DNA of 64,000 nucleotides from Candidatus Eiseniibacteriota bacterium. Lineage in GTDB: Bacteria > Eisenbacteria > RBG-16-71-46 > CAIMUX01 > VGJL01. Below are positions 37,257-47,726 of this stretch, piece after piece. The translations under genes and the position numbers were made by a program. Every line of letters starts with the position of its first letter. Positions within the stretch are counted from its first letter, which is position 1. A model generated the notes under the pieces. That model was not told the DNA's origin. It saw only the letters and a list, made by a program, of their open reading frames with translations, and ran no database searches. The stretch lies in contig CAWBWI010000001.1 in the NCBI GenBank assembly GCA_963792585.1, positions 448,001 through 512,000 of the forward strand, written 5' to 3'.

Positions 37257-38401
37257 CCCTCTTCCTCTTTCGCTTCCTCCTCCTCTTCCTGCATCAGCTC
37301 CTGTTCGGTGGGAGGCACGTGCCGCTCGATCGCATCGACGGCAAGCGCATGCTCCTGTGCAGCGATGCGGAGACACCGGGCGGTCTCCTCCCGCCGGAGG
37401 CGCGCTTCGAGGCCCGCCGGCGCTTCCGCCAGAGAGAATCGATCGTCGTTCCCTTCCACAACGGGCGGCCAGAGCGCCAGGCCCTCGGAGAGCGCGTCGG
37501 CCTCCCGGTCGAGGTGGCCCGAGGCTTCTCCGGTATCGAAGGGCGCGCTCTGCATGCGAGCGAACGCGGCGGCCTCGCGTCGGCTCTGCGAAAGTTCCGC
37601 GAGCGTTCGGTGGAGGACGTGTCGGATCCCGATCATCATTCTCTCATCCGGATCATCGGGCAGAGAGAGCCGGTAAGCGACCTGCAGGCGGACCGCCGTC
37701 TCGTCTGCTCCGCGTGCCGGGCCAGGGCGGATCAGCGCGTCGATCCATGCCGCGTAGGCGGCGAGCCCCGAGCGGAAGCTCGCCCCAGCCTGCAGGCCCG
37801 GCGTGCGGGCCAGCCATACGGCCCGGCGAAGCGCGCGCTGAACGTTGACCTCGACGGGGCGGCGCAGGCGCGCGGACATCCGATCGAAGAGCCCCACGCA
37901 GGTTCCGCGCGCGTCGGAACCGGGCCAGGGTCCTTCGGCAATTTCGAAGGGCAAGGGCTCGGGCGCGTGCCGCGTGTAGACGAGTAGATCCCTGGCGGCC
38001 TCCCGCCGATCGCAACCGATGATGAGGACGTCCTCCGGTTCCCCCACAAATCCATAGGAGAGGATCGGATGACCTCGGCCGATCGATTGCACCACGAACT
38101 GGAAGGCGACGTGCCCCGGGGCGTTCCGGTACCAGAGCAGCCGCCACCCAAACGCCTCGGATGCGACCGCCAGCGGGTCGAACGCGCAGACCCGCAGGAC
38201 GTCGGGATCCCAGACCGACGGGGCGCGGGGATCGTCGCCGGAGTTGCGCCAGTAGGTCCGAAATGCGGCCCCCGACAGCGCCGAGAGCATCGTCGTGTCG
38301 GTCTCGACGCCGAGAATGCGCAGCGCGGCGCGCAGCATCTCCAGCGAGTTGCCCAGACCGTGGCGGAACGGGATGGGTTCGGGGGTGGGAAGGGCTCTCA
38401 C
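37253..38401 (-). CDS. Hypothetical protein with possible C39/BtrH-like N-terminal fold and acidic C-terminal tail
   Basis: LSALSGAAF, QSIGRGHPILSYG...VLIIGCD, SGLAAYAAW; ends QEEEEEAKEEEG. Confidence 0.55.
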   Translation of the reverse strand: MRALPTPEPIPFRHGLGNSLEMLRAALRILGVETDTTMLSALSGAAFRTYWRNSGDDPRAPSVWDPDVLRVCAFDPLAVASEAFGWRLLWYRNAPGHVAFQFVVQSIGRGHPILSYGFVGEPEDVLIIGCDRREAARDLLVYTRHAPEPLPFEIAEGPWPGSDARGTCVGLFDRMSARLRRPVEVNVQRALRRAVWLARTPGLQAGASFRSGLAAYAAWIDALIRPGPARGADETAVRLQVAYRLSLPDDPDERMMIGIRHVLHRTLAELSQSRREAAAFARMQSAPFDTGEASGHLDREADALSEGLALWPPVVEGNDDRFSLAEAPAGLEARLRREETARCLRIAAQEHALAVDAIERHVPPTEQELMQEEEEEAKEEEG

Positions 38402-38478
38402 CGTCTGATAGCCTGACCTCTCGATTGTGGGTTCCTTCGAGTCGACCGCTACCGTCTGAAGCTAGGGAGGGGGGGATC

Positions 38479-39399
38479 GTGCGTCAAGACGGAGCGGAGC
38501 ATCCCGGACGATCGCTCGCGGACATCTCCCTGATCCTGGTCGCCGCCATCTGGGGGGCGACATTCCCCTTGGTGCAACACGCGATCGTGGGAGTGCCCGT
38601 CCTCGCCTTCCTCCTCCTGCGTTTCGCGGCCGCGATTCTGATCCTCGTCCCCTTGGCGGTTCGCCGCGGAGGCCTTCGGTTCTTCGCGGAGCCGCTCGGC
38701 GTGGCGCCGGGACTCTGCATGGCGGCGGGTTACTGGTTCCAGACCGAAGGTTTACGGAGCGTCTCGCCCTCGGTCTCGGCGTTCATCACCGGAACCTACG
38801 CCGTGCTCGTTCCAATCCTCGCCGGCGCGCTTGGGTGGGAGCGTACAAACCTCCGGAGGTGGATCTCGGTCGCGCTCGCCGTGCTGGGGATCTACCTGCT
38901 GCAGGGGAAACTGCCCGATCGCTGGACCCTCGCGGAAACCTGGACGGCGCTCTGCGCGCTCGCCTTTGCGATTCAGATCGTGCTGACCGGACGCGTCGCG
39001 CCCCGCCATCGGGATCCCCTCGCGCTCGGGGCGACGCAACTCGCCGTGGCAACGGTATGTTTCGCGGCGGCCGCCGCATTCCGGGGAGAGTTTCCCCAGC
39101 CCGCCGCCCTGTCCGGCGACGTCTGGTTCGCCGTCCTGTTTACGGGTTGGCTGGCGACGGCGGTCGCTTTCCTTACACAAGCGTGGGCGCAGGGGATCGT
39201 GCCGTCCGGCCACGTCGCGATCTGCTTCGCGAACGAGCCCCTCTTCGCGGCGGCGATCTCGATCATCTTCTTCGGGGACCGGCTCCCGCTCCTGGGTTGG
39301 GCGGGGGCTGCCGCCGTCATCACGGCGACCCTGCTCGTCACCCTCGAACCTAGCGGCGAAGCAGCCCGAAGATCCCGCGCGACGTCAACACCCTGTTGA
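38479..39399 (+). CDS. DMT/EamA family transporter
   Basis: IWGATF, RF, QTEGL, SAFITG, QAWAQ, EPLFA; about 10 TM segments. Confidence 0.9.
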   Translation: MRQDGAEHPGRSLADISLILVAAIWGATFPLVQHAIVGVPVLAFLLLRFAAAILILVPLAVRRGGLRFFAEPLGVAPGLCMAAGYWFQTEGLRSVSPSVSAFITGTYAVLVPILAGALGWERTNLRRWISVALAVLGIYLLQGKLPDRWTLAETWTALCALAFAIQIVLTGRVAPRHRDPLALGATQLAVATVCFAAAAAFRGEFPQPAALSGDVWFAVLFTGWLATAVAFLTQAWAQGIVPSGHVAICFANEPLFAAAISIIFFGDRLPLLGWAGAAAVITATLLVTLEPSGEAARRSRATSTPC

Positions 39400-40102
39400 C
39401 GGCGGCGATCGAGTCGGTCAAGGGGATCTCCTTCGGGCAGACCCGGACGCAGTTCTGCGCGTTGCCGCACTCCTGGATTCCGCCGGCTCCTGAAACGGCC
39501 TCGAGGCGTTCGTCCTGATTCATCTTGCCCGTCGGGTGGAGCCCGAAGAGCCGGACCTGCGAAACCGCGGCGGGCCCGATGAAACCGTTCAGGGGATGGA
39601 CCTGCGGGCAGGCTTCGAGACAACAGCCGCAGGTCATGCACGTCGACAGCTTGTAGGCGATTTCCGCATCCTCGGGAGCACTGCGCGGACCGGGACCGAG
39701 ATCGTGCGAGCCGTCGATCGGAATCCAGGCGCGGACGCGCTGGAGCGCCTCGAACATCCGGCTCCGGTCGACCATCAGGTCGCGGACAATCGGGAAGGTG
39801 GCCATCGGCTCGAGCACGATCGGCTGTGTCAGCCCATCGACGAGCGCGGTGCACGACTGGCGCGGCTTGCCGTTGATGACCATGCTGCAGGCGCCGCAAA
39901 CCTCTTCGAGGCAGTTCGATTCCCAGGCGACGGGCGTCGTCGCGCGCCCGTCCCGCGTCATCGGGCGGTTGCGGATCTCCTGAAGGAGGACGATGACGTT
40001 CAGATTCGCTCGGTGGGGGATCACGAACTCCTCCCAGTAGGGCGAAGAGTCGGGGCGCGCCTGCCGCCGGATGCGTACGTGGACCAGTTTCTGATCTGCC
40101 AT
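39350..40102 (-). CDS. sdhB: Succinate dehydrogenase Fe-S subunit
   Basis: CLEEVCGACSM, CMTCGCCLEACP, CGNAQNCVRVCP. Confidence 0.96.
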   Translation of the reverse strand: MADQKLVHVRIRRQARPDSSPYWEEFVIPHRANLNVIVLLQEIRNRPMTRDGRATTPVAWESNCLEEVCGACSMVINGKPRQSCTALVDGLTQPIVLEPMATFPIVRDLMVDRSRMFEALQRVRAWIPIDGSHDLGPGPRSAPEDAEIAYKLSTCMTCGCCLEACPQVHPLNGFIGPAAVSQVRLFGLHPTGKMNQDERLEAVSGAGGIQECGNAQNCVRVCPKEIPLTDSIAAVNRVLTSRGIFGLLRR

Positions 40103-40110
40103 AGGATCGA

Positions 40111-41892
40111 TCACGCCTTCTTGTCGATGTCGTACTTGCGAGGCCGCGGAGGGATGAGGCTCACGTCGACCGCCTCGTAGCGGAGCACCGGGCCGGCCGG
40201 AGAATAGGCGGCCAACGTCGTCTTGAGCCAGTTCGTGTCGTCGCGATCGGGGAACTCCGGCTTGTAGTGGGCGCCGCGGCTCTCGTTTCGCGCCAGCGCG
40301 CCCGCGGCCATGACATGCGCGAGTTCGAGCATGTTCTCGAGGTTTCGCGCGAAGACGAGGACCTGATTCGCCCACGAACCGTGGTCGTTGATTCCGACCC
40401 GCCGAAAGCGGTCCTTCAACTCCGAGATCTTGCCCACGGTTCGCTCGAGCGATGCGTTCCTGCGAACGACGGTCACGTTTTCCGTCATCCACTCACCGAG
40501 TTCCGTATGGATCTGAAACGGATGCTCGGGGCCGTTGGACGTGAGAAGCTCTTCGTTGCGCTTCTCGTTGCTCCGCACCTGCTCGTCGAAGATGGCGGCC
40601 GGCGCTTCAGGCAACGGCTTGCTGCGGATGTGGCGAAGGATCCGATCGGCGGCCTTCAAACCGCCGTGGATACACGAGAGGAGCGAGTTCGCCCCGAGGC
40701 GGTTCGCACCATGATACTGGTACTCGCACTCTCCCGCGGCGAAAAGTCCCGGCACGTTCGTCATCTGGTCGTAGTCGACCCACAGCCCGCCCATGCTGTA
40801 GTGCATGCCGGGGAAGACCCGCATCGGAACGTGGCGCGGGTCCTCGCCCACGAACTTCTCGTAGATCTCGAGGATGCCGCCCAGCTTGCGGTCGAGTTCG
40901 CGCGCGGGGATGTGCGTGAGATCGAGGAAGACCTGGTTCTTGCCGTGGACCCCGAGCTTCATCTCGGTGCAGACCTTGAAGATCGCGCGCGTGGCGATGT
41001 CGCGGGGCACGAGGTTGCCGTAGGCCGGATACCATTCCTCGAGGAAATAGAATCGCTCCGGTTCGGAGATCGATCCAGGCGCCCTGCGGTCGTTCGGATC
41101 CTTCGGAACCCACACGCGACCGCCCTCGCCACGCGCCGACTCGCTCATGAGGCGGAGCTTGTCTTCGCCGGGGATCGCCGTCGGATGAACCTGGATGAAC
41201 TCGCCGTTGGCATAGAGCGCCCCCTGCCGGTAGGCGGCCGTGACCGCGCTGCCCGTGCAGTTCATCGAGTTCGTGCTCTTGCCGAAGATCGCCCCCGGTC
41301 CTCCCGTGCAGAGAAGGACCGAGTCGCCATGATACGCGCGCACCCCCATATCGTGGAGGTCCATCGCGACGAGTCCGCGGCAACGCCCTTCCGCATCGCG
41401 AACGAGTCCCAGGAACTCGTGGCGTTCGAGCTTGCGGACGCGTCCCTCCGCCTCCCAGCGGCGAACCTGCTCATCGAGCGCGTAGACGAGCTGCTGGCCC
41501 GTCGTCGCGCCGGCGAACGCGGTCCGATGGTGCTTCGTTCCGCCGAAGCGACGGAAATCGAGGAGGCCTTCCTGGGTGCGGCTGAAGGGCACCCCCATTC
41601 GATCGAGGAGGTAGATCACCCCGGGGGCCGCGTCGCACATCTCCTTGACCGGCGGTTGGTTTGCGAGGAAGTCGCCGCCGTAGACGGTGTCGTCGAAGTG
41701 TTCCCAGGGCGAATCGCCCTCGCCCTTCGTGTTGACCGCGCCGTTGATCCCTCCCTGCGCGCAGACCGAGTGGGATCGCTTCACGGGCACCGTGGAGAAG
41801 AGGGTCACGTCGGCGCCGAGTTCGGCGGCGCGCATGGTGGCCGCGAGGCCGGCAAGACCGCCCCCGACGACGAGGATCGATTCGCGCGCCAT
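40111..41892 (-). CDS. sdhA: Succinate dehydrogenase flavoprotein
   Basis: GGGLAG, RSHSVCAQGGING, QVHPT, SESARGEGG, HYSMGG, GANRLGANSL, ESRGAH. Confidence 0.97.
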   Translation of the reverse strand: MARESILVVGGGLAGLAATMRAAELGADVTLFSTVPVKRSHSVCAQGGINGAVNTKGEGDSPWEHFDDTVYGGDFLANQPPVKEMCDAAPGVIYLLDRMGVPFSRTQEGLLDFRRFGGTKHHRTAFAGATTGQQLVYALDEQVRRWEAEGRVRKLERHEFLGLVRDAEGRCRGLVAMDLHDMGVRAYHGDSVLLCTGGPGAIFGKSTNSMNCTGSAVTAAYRQGALYANGEFIQVHPTAIPGEDKLRLMSESARGEGGRVWVPKDPNDRRAPGSISEPERFYFLEEWYPAYGNLVPRDIATRAIFKVCTEMKLGVHGKNQVFLDLTHIPARELDRKLGGILEIYEKFVGEDPRHVPMRVFPGMHYSMGGLWVDYDQMTNVPGLFAAGECEYQYHGANRLGANSLLSCIHGGLKAADRILRHIRSKPLPEAPAAIFDEQVRSNEKRNEELLTSNGPEHPFQIHTELGEWMTENVTVVRRNASLERTVGKISELKDRFRRVGINDHGSWANQVLVFARNLENMLELAHVMAAGALARNESRGAHYKPEFPDRDDTNWLKTTLAAYSPAGPVLRYEAVDVSLIPPRPRKYDIDKKA

Positions 41893-41894
41893 GG

Positions 41895-42569
41895 TTAGCG
41901 CACCATCCCGAGGACGTCTGCGCCGGTCTGATAGGGGGCGTTCGCGAGGAAGCCCTGGAGGGAACCGACCCCGATCGCGAACAGGGCGATCCCGGCGATT
42001 CCGAATGCGAGGGCCGAAACCCGTTGCGCGCGGGGGCCGACCGTAACCCCCCAGGTGATGCAGAAGCTCCACATCCCGTTGGCGAGGTGGAACACCGCGC
42101 AAAAGACGCCGACCAGGTAGGCTGCGAACCAGGCCGGGTTCGAGACGACTGCGTGGACGACGCGGAAGTTGAGTTCGGTCGCGGTCATCCTCGGATGGAT
42201 CGTCATCTGCCAGACGTGCACCGCCATGAAGGCGAAGACCGCAATTCCGGTCACGCGCTGCATCACGTACATCGCGTTGCGTCCGTAGGTGTAGCGCAGA
42301 GGCTCGGCCCGCCCGCGCAGCGTCACGTAGACGCCATATGCGCTGTGGTAGAGGATCGGTATGGCCAACACGAACACCTCGATCGCCAGAAGTACGGGCC
42401 GGGGAAGCGACTCGAAGCTGCTCACGACCCGGTTGAAGGCGTGGCCGCGATCCAACTGCGAGGAAAAATTCAGGACCAGGTGCTGGATCAGGTAATAGCC
42501 GATCGGGAGGACCCCGGTCAGGGAGTGCAGGCGTTTGAACAGGAACCCGCGGGACGGTGAGACACCCAT
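41895..42569 (-). CDS. sdhC: Succinate dehydrogenase cytochrome b558 subunit (Bacillus-type, diheme)
   Basis: KRLHSLTG, YHSAYG, QRVTG...HVW, FHLANG.WSF..TWG. Confidence 0.92.
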   Translation of the reverse strand: MGVSPSRGFLFKRLHSLTGVLPIGYYLIQHLVLNFSSQLDRGHAFNRVVSSFESLPRPVLLAIEVFVLAIPILYHSAYGVYVTLRGRAEPLRYTYGRNAMYVMQRVTGIAVFAFMAVHVWQMTIHPRMTATELNFRVVHAVVSNPAWFAAYLVGVFCAVFHLANGMWSFCITWGVTVGPRAQRVSALAFGIAGIALFAIGVGSLQGFLANAPYQTGADVLGMVR

Positions 42570-42797
42570 GAAACGGCCTCCGTGCGCGCAGGCCCCCGCG
42601 ACCTCCGAAGGCATCGAGCGCATCGAAACGTAACTGGCTTTCTTACCATGGTCGGCGCTGGTCTGTAAAGGAACTCCTGAACCAGATCTCCCTCCCCTCG
42701 TGCTCCTCCCCGCCCGCATGGCGAGCGGGGAGGTCTGCGGGTGCGGATTGTGGGCGCATCGCGGCTCTGTTAGATTCGCCCGGGGAAAGGGGAGGCC

Positions 42798-43925
42798 ATG
42801 GAAGCGGCCCTGTTCTACTCGCCTGCGCAAGCGGAGCTCTCCTACGGCGCTGGCCATCCATTTCAAGTCGAGCGCCTCGCGGACGTCATGCGGATGTGCG
42901 CCGCGCTGGGCTATCTCGGGGACCGGAAGCCCGTGCGACCGATCCCCGCGTCGCGTTTGGAGCTCGAGCGGTTCCACAGCGCCGACTACCTCGATGCGCT
43001 GGCCCGCGCCGACGAATTGAGCCCGCGCGAGCGCCTCGTCTGGGGAGTCGGGACCGAGGACTGCCCGGCATTCCAGGGGCTCTGGGAGTCGTGTCTGCTG
43101 GCGGCGGGAGGAAGCCTCAGCGCCGCGCGCTGGATGCTGGAGGGCCTGCGCTCGGGCATCGCCCGTCAGGCGTTCCATCCAGCAGGCGGCCTCCACCATG
43201 CCCACGCGGACCGCGCCAGCGGCTTCTGCTACGTGAATGACGGCGTCCTGGCCATCCAGGAGTTCGTCGACGCCGGATACCGTGTCCTGTACGTCGACAT
43301 CGACGCCCACCATGGAGACGGCGTCCAGGAGGCGTTCTACGAGAGCGACCGTGTCCTCACGATCTCGGTGCACCAGGACGGGAGGACCCTGTTCCCGGGC
43401 ACGGGCTTCCCGAACGAGATCGGCCGCGGCGCAGGGACCGGCTATGCCGTGAACATCCCCCTCTTGCCGGGGGCCACGGACGAGGACTATGACGCCGTCC
43501 GGGAGACTCTGCTCGAGCCGCTGCGCGCCTGGTTCCTTCCGGATGTCATCGTGACGGAGATAGGCGTCGACAGCATGCGCGACGATCCGCTGACGCTCCT
43601 CGATTGGACCCTCGCCGGGCTCGAGCGCTTCCTGATCTGGTCCCAGCGGAGCGGGACGCCATGGCTCGCGCTCGGAGGCGGGGGCTACCGTCGCTGGAAC
43701 GTGATTCGAGGTTGGACCCTCGTTTGGGCGCGCATGATCGGTGTTGAGCTGCCCGATCGCCGGCCTGCCGAGGACGCGCAGGGACGCCTTCCCGAGGGCT
43801 GGCCGGTGCGACTCTGGGACGAGCCGCCTCCACGCGCGATCTGCGATGCCGGGATGCGCCGCGCGCACCTCGACGAGGTTCGCTCCACCCTGGGCGAACT
43901 GGTGTTCTCACGGATGGGTCGATGA
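42798..43925 (+). CDS. acuC: AcuC/histone deacetylase-family Zn-dependent deacetylase
   Basis: GHP, GGLHHA, SGFCYVND, YVDIDAHHGDGV, GVD...DP, GGGGY. Confidence 0.88.
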   Translation: MEAALFYSPAQAELSYGAGHPFQVERLADVMRMCAALGYLGDRKPVRPIPASRLELERFHSADYLDALARADELSPRERLVWGVGTEDCPAFQGLWESCLLAAGGSLSAARWMLEGLRSGIARQAFHPAGGLHHAHADRASGFCYVNDGVLAIQEFVDAGYRVLYVDIDAHHGDGVQEAFYESDRVLTISVHQDGRTLFPGTGFPNEIGRGAGTGYAVNIPLLPGATDEDYDAVRETLLEPLRAWFLPDVIVTEIGVDSMRDDPLTLLDWTLAGLERFLIWSQRSGTPWLALGGGGYRRWNVIRGWTLVWARMIGVELPDRRPAEDAQGRLPEGWPVRLWDEPPPRAICDAGMRRAHLDEVRSTLGELVFSRMGR

Positions 43926-45405
43926 ACGATCGACCGTCAGGTCGCTTTCCGGTGCGGGGGAAACTCCGAATCCGGACGCGGCTGCTCGTCGCCCTTCTCG
44001 CGCTCGCGGCCCTCCTCATCGCCGTCCCGACGGTGTTCCTCGAGGCGCAGGCGCGCCGGTCCCTCGAAGCGGAACTGGCCGCGCGCCTCGAGTCGGTCGC
44101 CGCCGCGGCATCCCAGCAAATCGATCCGTCGCTCGTCGCGCCTCTCCTATCGCTTGGACCCGAGTCCGGGCGCGAACGCGCGCGCGCTTGATCGAACGGC
44201 TCACCGCCCTCAGGCAGGCGACGGGAGTGCGACGGATCTACCTGCTCGACCTCGCGGGACACGATCAGCTCGACACCGATCCGCAGCGCCGTTCCCGGCT
44301 CGGAGCTGCCGCAGGCCCGTGCCCACCGGGGCATGCTCGATCAAGCGGCGCAGGGACGGACGGCCTTCGTCCCCTCTGTTCCGGGATGCGCAGGGCGGCA
44401 TTCGCAAGACCGGGTATGCGTCCGCTTCTCGTCCGCGGACAGGTCGTCGGCTTCGTGGGCATCGAGGCGGACGCACGATTTCTGCGCGAGGTCGGCGCAT
44501 GCGGCGGCAGGATCCTGCTGGTTGGTCTCGTCGGGTTCGCCGCGGCGGCGGGCCTGAGCATCGGGCTCGCGCGCGGTCTGACGCGACCGCTCGGCGATCT
44601 GGTCGAGGCGGCGCGCTCGATGGGGTGCCGGGGACCTCGACCGCCGATTCCGGTCGGCCGCGCCGACGAGGTCGGGTTCCTGGCGCGGACGCTGGATGAG
44701 GCGCGCGGCAAACTGGCCGAACGGGATCGCACGCTGCGCGCGATGGTCGCGGGCATCGCGCACGAGGTTCGCAATCCGCTCGGCGGGATCCAGATCTACG
44801 CGGAGTTGCTCGAGAACGACGCGACGCTCAATCGGCGGCAGACGGAGCGGTCAAGAAGGTCCTGCGACGAGATCCACCGTCTGGGCGAGATCGTGGAGGA
44901 GTTCCTGCCTACGCGCGGCCCCAGGCTCCGGAGCGGCCGGCATTCGATCCCGCCGGTGTCGTCGGGGAGACGACCGACCTGCTGGCCGGGATCGTGGCGG
45001 AACGGGGCGTCGAGGTTTCGGTATAGGCGCCCCTCCGCCGACCGACCCCGATGGTGCTGGCCGATCCGGGCCAGCTGCGGCAGATCCTCCTGAACCTCGT
45101 GCGCAACGCGCTGGAGGCGTCGCCGCGCGGGCGCTCGCATCCTGTCGGTTGGGAAACCCAGGGGCCGACGGTCGCCCTCTGGGTGGAGGATCGCGGACCG
45201 GGAATTCCCATCGAGCAGCGCGAGCGGGTCTTCGAGCCGTTCTTCACGACCAAGGCGGAGGGGGCCGGACTCGGGTCTCTCGATCGTTCGCCACCTCGCG
45301 GAGCAGAACGGCGGCGAGGTCAGCCACGAGCGCGCCGACGGCGGCGGGTGCCGCTTCACGCTGCGGATGGAGACCGGGCCCAAGGAGGGAGGCGGAGTTG
45401 CCTAG
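43922..45405 (+). CDS. Membrane sensor histidine kinase (HAMP-HisKA-HATPase; frameshifted)
   Basis: Two TM segments; [53 protein letters not shown]. Confidence 0.9.
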
Positions 45406-46803
45406 GAGGGTCTTGGTCGTCGAGGACCAGCAGGTTCTCCGCGAGGGAATCGTCGAGGCGCTGCGGGAGGCGGGCTTCGACGCGTCGGGCGCGCGGGGGC
45501 GTCGAGGAGGCGCTGCGCCTCTTCCAGCTCGATCCCGCCGACGCCGTCGTGACGGACCTGCGGATGGAAGAACCCGACTCCGGGCTGAAGCTGCTCGAGC
45601 GGCTGAAGGGGCTCCAGCCGCTGACCGAGGTCCTGCTGGTGACCGCCTACGGGACGGTCGAGCACGCGGTCGCCGCCATGAAGGCGGGGGCGTCCGACTT
45701 TCTCGTCAAGCCCGTCAATCTCGGGCACCTCATCGAGAAGATCCACGCCATCCTTCGGATTCGCGCCGATCGAGAGGCGCTCGAGCGCGAGCGCGAGCGG
45801 TCGCTCTACCTGCAAGAGGAGATCGACGAACGCTTCAACGATGGCGAGATCATCGGCCGCAGCCAGACGGATGCAGGATCTGTACGCGCGGATCATCAAG
45901 GTCGCCGAGCACCCCGAGTTCGGTCCTCGTGACCGGGGAGAGCGGCACCGGAAAGGAACTCGTCGCCCGCGCGATCCACCGCCTCTCGAGCCGCAGCAGC
46001 GGACCGTTCATCCGCGTCAACTGCGGAGCTCTGGCCGAGGGGGTGCTCGAGAGCGAGTTGTTCGGCCACGAGCGGGGGGCGTTCACGGGGGCCGTGCGCC
46101 AGCGACGGGGGCGATTCGAGCTTGCCGACGGCGGCACGCTCTTCCTCGACGAGATCGGGGAGATCTCGCCCCGCGATCCAGGTGAAGCTCCTTCGCGTCC
46201 TGCAGGACCGGACGTTCGAGCGGGTCGGCGGCGAGAAGACGATCGGCGTCGACGTCCGCCTCGTCGCGGCGACGAACCGCGACCTGCAAGCAGGCGGTCC
46301 AGGATGGGAGATTCCGCGAGGATCTCTTCTACCGGCTCTACGTGATCCCCATCGAGCTTCCCGCGCTTCGCGATCGCCGCGAGGACATCGCGCTGCTCTG
46401 CGACCACTTCCTGGACGACTGTCGCGGCGCAAATGACGAGAAACCGACCGTCTCTCCAGGCCGGGGCACTGAAATTGCTGCAGCAGTACGATTGGCCCGG
46501 CAACGTGCGCGAGCTGGAGAACGTCCTGGAGAGGGCATTCGTCCTCTGCGAGGGAGGCGAGATCCGGGTCGAGGACCTTCCGTTCGGCACGCTGGAGAGA
46601 GCCAGTTCGCAGTGGCTGCCGCCGGGGGTCGTGCCGCTCCGGGAAGCGGTGGAACGCTTGAGCGCGAGCTGACTTCGGCGCGCGATGATGGAAGTCGGAG
46701 GGTGTGAAGCAGGAGGCCGCGCGGAAGGCTCGGACTCAAGCCCAGCGTCCTGTACTACAAGCTGGAGAAATATGGGTTCGCCGAGGAAGAAGATTCGTCA
46801 TAG
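45398..46803 (+). CDS. Sigma54-dependent response regulator, NtrC/AtoC-like (frameshifted)
   Basis: Receiver [53 protein letters not shown] ending LYYKLEKYG. Confidence 0.92.
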
Positions 46804-46837
46804 GGACGCCGTCCGGCGTGGGATTCGAGGCATCGGG

Positions 46838-47698
46838 ATGGGTGGATTCCTGATGCTGACCCTCGGATTCCTGACGACGGGAGCCATTGCCGCGCCTCTG
46901 GACGAGGCTCTCGGCCGTCTCGACCGGCTCGAGGAGCAGCGCGGCGTCTTCCTCGCCCGGGCCGACTCCCTGGGTCGCATTCTCACGGACCTTCCCGATG
47001 AGCGGTCGGATGAGGCAGGACCCCTGCTGCAGCAAGCGAGTGGGGTGGAAGGCGCCGTGCGCACCCTCGATCTGGAGATCTTGCTCCAGCGTGAGCGCTG
47101 TCGTAGCCTCGCCCGGGAGGAGTTGGACAGGCTGCCTCCTGTCGGGACCGATGGGTCGGACCGCGCCGCTCGCCAGCGGCAACTTCAGGAGATCCTCGAT
47201 GGGCGGCTGTCCGAGCCGCTGGGCGGCGACTTGATCCTGGTCGAGCCGGACAGCGCCGACGGCGCCGAGACCCTCCTGGACAAGCGGGCCTACCTCGAGG
47301 ATCTTCAGGAGCGCATCGAGAAGCTCAAGGACCTCTTACGCCGGCGCGAGGAGCGGGCGCGTCGTGAACGGTCCCTGATTCGGGCCAGTGAAGGGTTCCG
47401 AGAACAAGATCAGTTCCTCGACGAAGGGGGTCGTGTCGGATCGGATGAGACGGTGCTTCTGCGGGGGCTTCCGGGGCACGACCCTGACGGCTCGGGACGG
47501 GTTCCCGGATCCGGCGGTTCCGGCGTCACCGAAGAGGCCTTCCCCCGGGGCGTTCCCGATCCCATCGAAACGGTCTCGTACGGCGAGGGGACAGTCCGTG
47601 AGGCGCTCGCGCGTCTCGATGAAGGGCTGACCCGTGTTCGCGCCGCCCTGCTCTCGATCGACGATCTCCTGCGTCGCTTCGAGTCTCCCTCGCGATAG
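46838..47698 (+). CDS. Hypothetical exported coiled-coil protein
   Basis: Signal-like MGGFLMLTLGFLTTGAIA; Leu/Glu/Arg heptad-rich; start uncertain. Confidence 0.55.
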   Translation: MGGFLMLTLGFLTTGAIAAPLDEALGRLDRLEEQRGVFLARADSLGRILTDLPDERSDEAGPLLQQASGVEGAVRTLDLEILLQRERCRSLAREELDRLPPVGTDGSDRAARQRQLQEILDGRLSEPLGGDLILVEPDSADGAETLLDKRAYLEDLQERIEKLKDLLRRREERARRERSLIRASEGFREQDQFLDEGGRVGSDETVLLRGLPGHDPDGSGRVPGSGGSGVTEEAFPRGVPDPIETVSYGEGTVREALARLDEGLTRVRAALLSIDDLLRRFESPSR

Positions 47699-47726
47699 GC
47701 GCTCCGCGATCGTTCCCCTCCTTCTC

